A DNA stretch of 60,752 nucleotides from Octopus bimaculoides (taxonomy: Eukaryota): contig NC_068983.1 of the NCBI RefSeq assembly GCF_001194135.2, positions 85,309,551 to 85,370,302 on the forward strand. The letters run 5' to 3'. Positions 10,976-21,080 of the stretch are shown piece after piece. The notes beneath the pieces are model-generated. The model was given only the letters and a program-made list of their open reading frames with translations, was not told the origin of the DNA and did no database searches. The translations under genes and the position numbers were made by a program. Every line of letters starts with the position of its first letter. Within the stretch, counting starts at the first letter, position 1.

Positions 10976-11881
10976 GGGTATCATTTGGACATGGGCAAGA
11001 AAGGAAAGAAGGAAAAGACAAAGAAAGAACGAAAGGAAAAGATACAGATAGGAAGGAAAGAAAGAAAAGAGAAAGAAAGGAAAAAGAGAAAGAAAGGAAA
11101 AAGAGAAAGGAAGGAAGAAAAAAGAAAAGGAAGAAAGTGAGGTATGGAGCGAGGAGGAAAGAAAAAAAAAAGAGCTGGATCAAATAAGACAAGGTAGAAT
11201 AAAGTGTTCAGTTCATTAATACCTACAGCAGTAGAATTTGTGATCTACAAGCAAGAAATCCATTAGCTTATCTCCTATGACCTTCCAACTTTGGCAATAC
11301 CAACTGTTTGTATACTTAGGACTATATTGTCCAAAGTTGTCTTCTTCTTTAATCCTTTCATTACTGTATTTATTTTGAGATGCTCTGTGTTTCTTTCAAT
11401 TAATTTAAAATATAACAAAGTATTTAGTAAAATAACTTAGTTATCATTAAGCTAGTGTTAGGAACATAAATTATTACTAAGGTTTGGTGGAAGATTTTAA
11501 TTCAAAACTTATGATAACAAGACATTTGTACTACAAAGCCAGAAACTGTTTCAGCTTGGTTGGTATTGAAAGAATTAAGATGGTGATTTTTTGGCAGGTT
11601 TGCTTACTGCTAGTAGGTGGAGAGACTAATGTTCTTTGTTGGCTCCTGGTATCAGTAAGTACCAATGGGTGATTAGTTTCAGACACCAGGGGGATGGTCG
11701 TTGTGATATTCATACCTTTCTCAATGGCATTATAACATCTTAAAGTCGTAGCCAGGAAGTCAATCATTATCATCAAAGACTTTCAAGAAGAGCTGACCAC
11801 CTTTGCTTTGGCATCCAGTGTTTTGTTGTTGTTGTTTTTTGTCCCCCACCCCCACACAAGATTTTAAGTGAATTAACTAAT

Positions 11882-12107
11882 TTAACCTTTTAGCATTTAA
11901 ACAGACCATATCCAGTCCAAATATTCTACCTATTTTATGTTCAAACTGGTTAGATTCAGCCTTTTTACACCTATCCTACAATGTCATTCTAAATATTAAC
12001 AATCTTAGCAAAATTTCTAAATTACATGATAATGCATGATTAAAAAAAAACAATGTGAATAAATAAGCATCACATTTGACAGAGCAATCTGAATGCTAAA
12101 GGGTTAA
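11882..12107 (+). mobile_element. piggyBac-like MITE (~230 bp)
   Basis: ttaaccttttagcattt...aatgctaaagggttaa. Confidence 0.8.
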
Positions 12108-12869
12108 AGGGACATGTTAGACAGAAGATGATATTGAGGGTTTGGCATTTAAGGTGAAAGGTTGGGAGCAAGACAAGGTGGTGGATTTGTGATACTGGAA
12201 GGGAAACTGTATAAAGATATAGTGAGTAGAATTAAAGTTAGTATAAGCATTATACTTATTAATAAAGAAGACAAAGTTCCTAAAGACTTATTAGGGCCAA
12301 CATTATAGAACAAGCTTGAGTAGTTTGAACGAGTCAGATTCACACTGTGGCTTCAATTTCCATTTGAAATCCTCTCATTTAGGTCAGTTATGAACTTAGA
12401 AAACGTGTGGATGTTAAAACCTCTTATTTCTCTCTCTCTCTTATAAGATATCTTGTGTTTTCTATACTAACCAACAGTAACCAACACTTAGCTGGCTATG
12501 TATATTTTATAGCCATAATTTTGGTTTTGGTAGCTTGGGATAAAAGAGAAGAGAAAATCATAATTTCAAGAATTGACAACTTATATAAAATATTGCGGAG
12601 GAAAAATTTCATATTAGCACTGGGCACAACGGAATGTAGGGAAGAAGGAGTGAGATACATCTGTAAATTTTTTTAAATTCTTATTTTCTATTTAAATATC
12701 TAAAAAAACTTTAAATATAGTACTATGATAAACTGACATTTTTACTCCAATCAAAACAACCACCTATGCTTATAGTATTCACTTAGAGTAGGGTAGTGCT
12801 GTTGTATGTAGTCACCTGTGTCTAACTAGTACCCAGAACTAAATTGTTCCAACCTGATATTATATGCAT

Positions 12870-13110
12870 CATCATCATTAACATCATTTTAATGTCCTCT
12901 TTTCCATGCTAGCATGGGTCAAATGGAATTTTGTGGAGTTTATATTGTAGCTTTTCTATGGCCAGGAACTCTTCCTGTCACCAACACACACTGGTTTCCA
13001 AGTGAGGTAATTTTTCCTCATGGCCAGGCATGTTTTCACAGAATACCGGAAACAAAGGACACTCCTTGCATGACAGTGACACAACTACCACACATAAAGT
13101 TAAGGCAAGG
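12870..13110 (-). mobile_element. Family D repeat copy
   Basis: Reverse complement of the 10790-10975 and 20215-20450 copies, with an (ATC)n tail. Confidence 0.65.
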
Positions 13111-14059
13111 GAACAGTCTCATACACACACAAACAAAGAGGTTTCTTTCAAATTTTTGTCTAGCAAGTCTTTTCTCAAGGCTTTGGTCAGTTTCAGGCTA
13201 TAATAGAAGACATATGCCCAAAGTACTGAAACCATGGGATTGGGAAGCAAATTTCTTACCACTCAGCCACACCTATGCCTATGGCCACAATGAGACAATG
13301 AAAATTGTTAGTAAAAGAAAAGAGGTGATAGCTAAAAAAAAGCTTGAGAAGCATTGTTGTAATACTCCTGGTGGATATCAGTAGCTTTAGCTCTGAGAGT
13401 AGGAAAACACAAGCACAGATTTCATGTAGCATTCAATGTGACTTGGCATCTGAGCGCTTGTTATCTAAGAAAAAAAACTGTTGATGCAAACAAAGAGCAA
13501 GGAGGTGACGTTGGACTGGACTGTATGCATGGAAACTAATATAGAGAAGGATATGGAGCAGGGAGTAAAAAAGACAGGAGAGAAGGAACTAATGAAAATA
13601 TGTGAAACAAAATGGAGGTGGGGGAGTCTCTTTGCTCTGCTTCCATTTCTCAAATTTTCCATCAGATTAAAAGAAAAATCTCTTCTGTTAATTTCTTCAG
13701 CTGACATTAACTAAGAAACAATAGAGTCTCATTGAGAATGATCAAGCAAAGCTTTATAGATGCAATAATTAACATTAATTAAGGAAGACTGTAAGGTTCA
13801 GGGTAATTAAATAAGAACAATTGGCCTTCATTTAGTTGAAGACACATTTATTATATGGCACCAGGAATGAATGAAGTCTAATGGCCCTATTTCAATCAAC
13901 TCAGCACAAGGCAACTAGAACTGTGAGAAATAAACACATACAAAAGAAATGTAATCAACATTTAAACATAGAATCTATGACAATATCTGAAACATGCTAG
14001 AAGAAAAACCACCTGGAAGACAGTTCTCTGCTAGTCATGGGTATATGACAATATGTGAT

Positions 14060-14390
14060 AATAAGTTTGCTTCCAAAACATACAGTTTCAAGTTCAGATC
14101 CACTCAACGGCAGCTTTGGCAAGTGTCGTCTTCTACAGCCTTGGGCCAACCAAAGTCTTGTGAGTGGATTCAGTAGACAGAAACTGAAAGAAGTCCATCG
14201 TGTGCATGAGGCATGAGTGTATGCACGTGTGTGTGTGTGTGTGCACAAGTGTCTTTGTCCCCCACCACAGCATAACAACTGGTGTTGGTTTGTTTATGTA
14301 TGCTTGATTTACTGGTTTGGTAAAAAGAGATTGATATAAGTACGGGGCTTAGAAACTATCAGTACTGGGGTTGATTTGTTTGATTAAAGA
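14060..14390 (+). mobile_element. SINE family A copy
   Basis: Collinear with 1-388. Confidence 0.75.
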
Positions 14391-14391
14391 T

Positions 14392-14430
<39 letters not shown>

Positions 14431-14432
<2 letters not shown>

Positions 14433-14515
14433 CCTCTGAAGAGATTACATTCATAAATATGAATTCAATATTTAATTAATTTCACTGTGTATAATTGAAA
14501 CAGCTGTACGGGATA
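14431..14515 (+). ncRNA. Minimal type I hammerhead ribozyme motif, near-intact
   Basis: CTGAAGA at 14436-14442. Stem II GATTA/TAATT with a G-U closing pair. GAAA at 14497-14500. Palindromic stem III AC-AGCT-GT. Triplet GTA at 14506-14508. Stem I TCCC/GGGA. The surrounding element runs to about 14680 between (TA)n tracts. Confidence 0.65.
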
Positions 14516-14858
14516 ATGATCGATTTGTTGCTGGTAATAAACTCCTCCGAAATCTCTATTTTACATACAAACCTATTATCTTAAGGAAATCAATTTCCCC
14601 CAAAATATTAGGCATTGAACCAGTATTTCCTTGGATGACACCATCCCTTCATGAGGCTATCATAAGCTCTATCTGAATTATATATATATATATATACATA
14701 CATGTATATACTTTTACTTTTTTGTCATTTTGATTGTGTCCATGCTGGATCACCACCTTTTAGTCAAAGAAATCAACCCCTTGACTTATTCTTTGTAAGC
14801 CTGGAACTTAACATAAACACACCAAGATTAGTTGTCAAACGATGGTGGAGAGACAAAC

Positions 14859-14895
<37 letters not shown>

Positions 14896-14897
<2 letters not shown>

Positions 14898-15455
14898 GGG
14901 GTTGGACAAAACAATGGAAACACCTTAAAATTTCAAGCAAATTTATTTTCATATGGGGGTAGAGATGCCTTTGGCAGTAATTACAGCTTGAATTCTATGA
15001 GGTATAGACTCGTACAAAGTTTGAATTATTTCCAAAGGAATTTTTGTCCATTCTTCAGCTAAAACAATCTCCTTACTTCTTTTTCTAAAATGCACCATAA
15101 ATGTTCAATAACATTAAGATCTGGGAACTGTGGTGGCCAGATAAGATGTTTAACTTCACTAGAATGTTCCCCGTGCCATTCACTAACAACTTTAGCTGTG
15201 TGAATTGGTGCATTATCATCCTGAAAGATTGTGTTTCCTTCCGGAAACAGTTCCACAACCATAGGATGAATTTGATCAGATAAAATGCTTAAATAATCTT
15301 GACTAGTAATTCTGCCATGAAGGGAAACCATTGGACCAGCGGACTTCCAAGATACAGCCCCACCCCCCACCCCCTCAGATCATCATAGATCCTCCTCCAT
15401 GTTTAACAATTGGAAGAAGGTAGCCTGGGTTAAATGCTTCTTTAATCAAACAAAT
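14896..15455 (-). mobile_element. Tc1-family transposon remnant (one TIR plus C-terminal DDE transposase)
   Basis: TIR-like CAGGGGTTGGACAAAACAATGGAAACACC at 14896. Minus-strand peptides PIVKHGGGSMMI*, FQDDNAPIHTAKVV, WPPQFPDLNVIEHLW and EEWTKIPLEIIQTLYESIPHRIQAVITAKG, with stops and frameshifts. Confidence 0.92.
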
Positions 15456-15808
15456 ACATTTATATGTATCATCCTTATGTACAACCATTTTCTATGGTCA
15501 GATATGTTGGGTGAGTTCTCACAGTCAGAGTCAATTCTTAACAGAAGTTATTGCATTCCTAGATAGATCAGAGAACCAAATCTCACTCATGCGTTACACT
15601 TCTGGCATGGCTTTTATGGTTTGATTATCTTCACAACAGCAACTAGCTTACAGAGTGTGCTGGGGACATTTCCTCATGTCAGCAGCACTACAAAGTGTGT
15701 CATGTCCTTGATGTCACTGAAGTGTCTATTCTATGATGTCTTTCTACTCTCTGTAGTTTAATGTTACTTTCAAAGTAAACATGACTAAAACTGAGGAAAA
15801 TGACAGAA

Positions 15809-15840
<32 letters not shown>

Positions 15841-15999
15841 GATACATCACAAACACACACACACACACTTCCATAGTGCCAAACTCTAATGTTCTTGATG
15901 AGCCAGCCCTATGTCCTACTTTCAATTCCCAGTTGTAATTGTTTACATTTTACTAACATCTTTGAGAAAGGCATGATGGTCACATAGTTGCAAGCATTC

Positions 16000-16280
16000 T
16001 CTTCTACAAACTGGGGCTCTGCATCAGCATCATCATCTTCATAATTTTTATGACCATACTGGGCTTCCAATTTCTGCGTTCATCTCTTTTATGATGTTCA
16101 ACATCCTAAGAGCATCCTTACTACTCTACCAAATTATCCTACATCCTTATGCACCTTGAAATACTTTGTTATCCAATAATCACATACTCATACCATAGCA
16201 GTCTTCCTTTTTGGGGGAGGATATGGTTTTGGCTCTTGACACTGAGCTCTTCTCTCAGCCCAATTATGTTCAGTTGCTCA
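16000..16280 (-). mobile_element. RTE LINE 3' ORF end, decayed
   Basis: RLLWYEYV resembles the RTE C-terminal RLRWYGHV. Similar, inverted, to 27410-27790. Confidence 0.5.
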
Positions 16281-19194
16281 TGCATGCATTACACATCCAA
16301 AACCTTTTCCATCTCATTTCTCTTCAGCCATCATATATCCTCCACATTCAGCATCAATATTTCTCAAATATAGTTTCACACTTTAGAGAGAAACCCTTTG
16401 TTATCAACAGAAGTAAGATTCCTTGCTGATTTGGACACTTAAGTAACAGAAGCCAGCAACTACTTCTAATATACCTTATTATGAGCAAATAAGAATTTAT
16501 TTCATGTCAGCTATTACTGCTAGTTGTGTCCATGCAAGTATTATATATGAAATCCTTCACTTTTGTCCCTTTGTAATAGACATCACTGAACCCTTTCGTG
16601 AACCCATTGGTTAAACTGGGTACACCCTGAAAAGTTGATTTCTGCTCTAAAATTGAGCATGGTCACCTCCCAGTAGTTATTAGTATTTTCTTTTCTTTTC
16701 GACAGGCTTAAACTTTTATGTTTATGCAGAAAATCAATATTACTCAACAACCCATCTAGTTTCACCGTAAAGATTGGTAATCCTTTTGAGAAATCTGGGA
16801 GTTGGAAGTTAGATAATGTGTCAATGTAAAGACAACTTTAACAGACTGTTACTTTATTTTGGTTGTTTTTGCTTTTACTCACACCTAGATCAATAAAATA
16901 TATATTTAAAAAAACCCATTCAAAAGAGAAGGTTGAATGTCAGTTTCAATATATCAAATTTGAGAACACAAACTAAGTTGACTACTAAATTATGGCTTGG
17001 TTCAACGTTGACTGAAACTACTGAACAAAAAGGTTGACCAACAACATCCTACTAATTATAAAACAATTTTAATGTCCTGTTATCCAATCTAGTGTGAGTC
17101 AGCATATGAAATTGCAGTAATTCTCAAATACTGAGTAAAATATATATTTCACAAAAAAACAGAAACATCAAAACTATAGAGAATAAAGAAGTTTCACTAA
17201 ATGGTTTTGCTTAAATAGCTGCTTCCTTCCATCTTCTCCTGTGAGAAAAAAAAAACATACATACAATCTCTTTACACTGTAGTTGTAGTATAAAGTCTAG
17301 TAAACATTTAGATTGGTCTGAACAAAATAAGAGTAGTACCTATTAAATTGTATACAACACAATCTTCAAAGAAAGGTCTGGAAGTCTGATTCTTAAGTCA
17401 ATGGGTGCTTAACAGTCGCATGCTCTTAATTATTCTGCTTAGTATATTATGGTGTTTGGACACCAGAAATAGTCATGATAAAAGAATGGTAGATGGGAAG
17501 CTTTTATGGTGATTAGTTCAGTATTTTTACTTTCATGAATTAAAAATCCTACTGAAGTCTTTTTTTTTTTTTTTTTTGATTAAAATTTTTTTCTTGATAG
17601 AGGAAGGAGGGTAGATTTGCAGAACACCAGGCACAATTTTCACAGTTTAGTTGTATCTCTTTATATTCTGGGTTCAAATTCCACTAAGTTCTACTTTGCC
17701 ACCCATCCTCATGAGGATGATAAAATATGATCAATATGATCAACTATTCCCTCCTCTAAATTCTGTAGCCATCTACCTCAGAGGGAGAGAAGGAGAGGCA
17801 CCCATGGTCTTTGTTACTTCTTCCAGATTGATAAAATTAATATAATTTTGTTGGCAATCAACACAACTGGCTACAACCTCTACTCTATAAGATTGATCAT
17901 GTACATAGGCACAAGACCATACATTTTTAGAGCAGCAGAAATAGTTAATCAAACTGACTTTAGTATATTATTAATATTTACTCAGATGGATCAAAAATAA
18001 AGTCAACTCTGTTACAATTTGAATTCAGAACATAAAGTGATGAAATTAAATATTGTAAGACTTTCATACAGTTTAATATTCTACTTCACCTTCCACCCTG
18101 CTCCACTCCACTACCTTCTCACTGTCTTTGACCTTTTCCTCAATCAAGCGGAATCAATATTAACAGGAGAACTATAGTGCAGGATAAGATACAAGCAGCT
18201 GACCACACTGAGTTGTTGAATTTTAGTCAACTAAGTTCCCCCACTAATGCTCTTCAGAAAATAATGAATGCCACATAACTCAATACCTTTTTTATGTAGC
18301 CTTGGGTAATAATGGGGTGGGGAATCAATATTACATTACGATTTTGTTTTGAGATTTTTTTTCTTTTTTTTTTGGAAACATCAATAGAAAAAAAAAAAAA
18401 AGCAAATATGTATGCCTTTATGGGTAAAATGGTTATTCACATATGGACGTTTATGGACAAATTAACAGTTAGAATTAGTTGAAATTGCTAGTGATGTAGT
18501 AATGAGAAAAGAACATAAGATATACAGGAAATAAACAAATGGTACACAGCATAACTGGCTTATACTTTATCTATTGTCACCACTAAAGTAAGAAAAGAAA
18601 AATAAAGATATTAAATGAGCAACAGCTATCACTGTAAAGACACAGCCTTTATTTAGTCACTGTTGATAAAATTAGATTAGCTATAAAAGCTGTATGCATA
18701 CACTTTCATTTATGCAAAAAGCTCCAAATATGTTATTCCATAGTTATAAAATGAAACATATGCTGTTAAGTGAAATTTTTTCATTTTATTTTTTATTATC
18801 ATAAAATACATTTGTCTAGTATAACTTAATGCAAGTTTATCTTCCATGTAGCATCTGATGCTGAGTATTAGATATTTCTATCACATTACAAGAGACTCCC
18901 TGGCTTCCAACAAAAGCAAATCTAGATAAACGAAAAACAAATTCCCTGACTATTGACAATTCAGAACAGCTTTGCTGGTGGAGTCCTTTGAGGGAAGTAG
19001 AATGAAGTTTCAGTTCCACAAATACTGTAATCTGTTACACTTTACACCCATAAACATGCACACAAGCAAAGAATAATAATAGGAGGCAGGTGTTGCTGTG
19101 TGGTTCAGAAGTTTGTTTCACAACCTCATTGCTTCAAGTTCACTCTTAGAGAACTGTCACCACTATAGCTTTGGGTTAACTATTACACTATGTG

Positions 19195-19536
19195 AGGGAG
19201 CATGACTCAGTGGTTAGAGCATCAGGCTCAAAATCATGTGGTAGTGAGTTTGATTCCTGGGTCAGGTTATGTGTTGTGTTCTTGAGCAAGACACTTTATT
19301 TCACATTATTCTAGTTCACTCAGCTGTAGAAATGAGTTGCAGCATCGCTGGTGTCAAGCTGTATCGACCTTTGCCTTTCCCTTGGACAAAATAGGTGGCA
19401 TGGAAAGGGGGGGGTTGGTATGCATGGGCAATTGCTGGTCTTCCATAAACAATGTTACCTGGACTTGTGCTTCGGAAGGGAACTTTCTAGGTGCAATCCC
19501 ATGGTCATTCATGACTGAAAGGGGTCTTTACCCTTT
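19195..19536 (+). mobile_element. tRNA-derived SINE, family C, with RTE 5'-UTR-like body, inserted into a family A SINE
   Basis: A box tgactcagtgg and B box gagtttgattcc. Target-site duplication taactattacact(a)tgtg at 19177-19194 and 19537-19552. The host SINE A halves flank it (19085-19194 and 19537-19620). Confidence 0.8.
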
Positions 19537-20029
19537 TAACTATTACACTGTGGAAGAAATTTAGTACACAAAAAACTGTGGTGGCCCATTGAACACAAGT
19601 ATGTGTTTATATCAGTATAGTGTAAGAATTGGTACATTTGAACAAAAATGTTCTGTAGTATTTAAGTTAACAGAATTTCCTCCTTTAATACCAATGCCTA
19701 TTTTGCATTTATTATCTTACAACAATGTAAGAAACACCAGACAATAAGAACTCTTTCCAGCAAGAAAAGATACATTTTCCAGACTGATGTTTTAACTAAC
19801 AATGAAATAATATTTATGCACATTATCAACCTCTAAAGCCATACTATGAAAACAAAGATGAAAAGGAAAGAAAAAAAGACTTATAACAATAGCCCACACA
19901 TAATCATATATGTCAGTATATTTCAGGTTTCTAATCTAGAAAGAGGAACATGACATATGAAACAGAAGCTTTAGGGTTCTGTTGCTGCATAGTTATTCTG
20001 ATATTACTCAATAACAACAAGACTCTAGG

Positions 20030-20200
20030 TGCAGGCAGGATTGTGTGGTTGAGACGTTTGCTTCCCAATGAAGTGGTTCTGGGTTCAGTTTCACTGTGTG
20101 GTACTTCGCATCAATGTCATCTACTATAGCCTTAGGATGACCAAAGTCTCATGGGTGGATTTGGTAGGCAGAAACTGAAAGAAGCTAAGTGTGTGTATGT
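20030..20200 (+). mobile_element. SINE family A copy (head and body)
   Basis: Collinear with 1-170. Confidence 0.75.
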
Positions 20201-20214
20201 GTGAATGAGAGAGA

Positions 20215-20450
20215 GAGTTTGTGTTCCTTTGCTGTGACATGGAGCATTAGTGGTAAATGAGTGTCACTTCCATACATGTAGTATCATTTATTTCATATCT
20301 TCCTTGAAAACATGCCTGGCCATAGAGTGATATTTCCTTACTTGGAAACAGGTAAGGGCTGATGACAGGGAAGACATCCTGCTTTAGAAAATCTGTTTTG
20401 CCATATTCCATCTGACCCATGCAAGAATGGGAAAGTAACAATGATTTTGG
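20215..20450 (+). mobile_element. Family D repeat copy
   Basis: Collinear with 10790-10975. Confidence 0.65.
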
Positions 20451-20513
20451 CGACAATTAACAACACTAGCATTCAAATCAGAAGAAAAGGAAATTATTAT
20501 TCCATTGACTCAC

Positions 20514-20581
20514 CTCAATAACAACTCTTTCGGTAATTTTCGGTTAATCAATGCATCATCTTCACTGACAGACTGGGAGAC
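20514..20581 (-). CDS. FBXL20: F-box/LRR-repeat protein FBXL2/FBXL20 family, coding exon (VSQSVSEDDALINRKLPKELLLR)
   Basis: 68-nt exon with acceptor ttttatgttttctag and donor gtgagt. The translation matches the F-box start of FBXL2/20 (INKKLPKELLLR). It ends in phase 2 (AG), completed by the first A of the next exon. FBXL2 versus FBXL20 orthology cannot be resolved here. Confidence 0.93.
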
Positions 20582-20783
20582 CTAGAAAACATAAAAAGAA
20601 AACAGGAAGTTAAATCTTTAAACAGGAAGTGAGAAGTACCTAAATACTAAGTACAGTAAGTTATGTACAATGGTTTCAAATATGAGCAGTTTTAATTTGG
20701 TTTTTGTTTTTCTTTCTTCTTTCATTGCAAAGGAAATTTCATGACCTATCAGCTAAATTCATTTTCAGTAAATATCAATCTCT

Positions 20784-21046
20784 CTATTTGACAAATGTAG
20801 TCCTTGATAGACAAAAAAGACCGAAGGTTACAGCAAGAATGCAGTAGCTCAGTCACAAATGGTTTGAGGGTTAAACAACTATACATTTTTCCAGGTAGCA
20901 GATCTTGAATTGGAGGGTAAAACAATAAAAGTTTGTCATCAGTCACAGCTTCAAACTAGCTGTGACTAAGCTAACTTAATCCTGCTTTGACTTTTCAGCT
21001 ATGGCCATTGGTGTCTTTTGTCTATCAAGGACTACATTTGTTAATA

Positions 21047-21047
<1 letters not shown>
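20784..21047. repeat. Short inverted repeat (26 bp perfect) enclosing a second 10-bp hairpin
   Basis: 20791-20816 acaaatgtagtccttgatagacaaaa is the exact reverse complement of 21016-21041. Inner hairpin AGTCACAGCT-TCAAACT-AGCTGTGACT at 20941-20967. Confidence 0.9.

Positions 21048-21080
<33 letters not shown>

Noticed and set aside
20362-20395. CTGATGA followed by a CAGG/CCTG stem
   Set aside because: GAAA is not adjacent to the stem and there is no stem III or NUH triplet. It is part of a family D repeat.
20880-20945. Minus-strand CTGATGA inside the 20.8-21.0 kb inverted repeat, as a hammerhead or C/D snoRNA box
   Set aside because: There is no valid stem II-GAAA-stem III arrangement, and no terminal C/D box pair with a closing stem was found.
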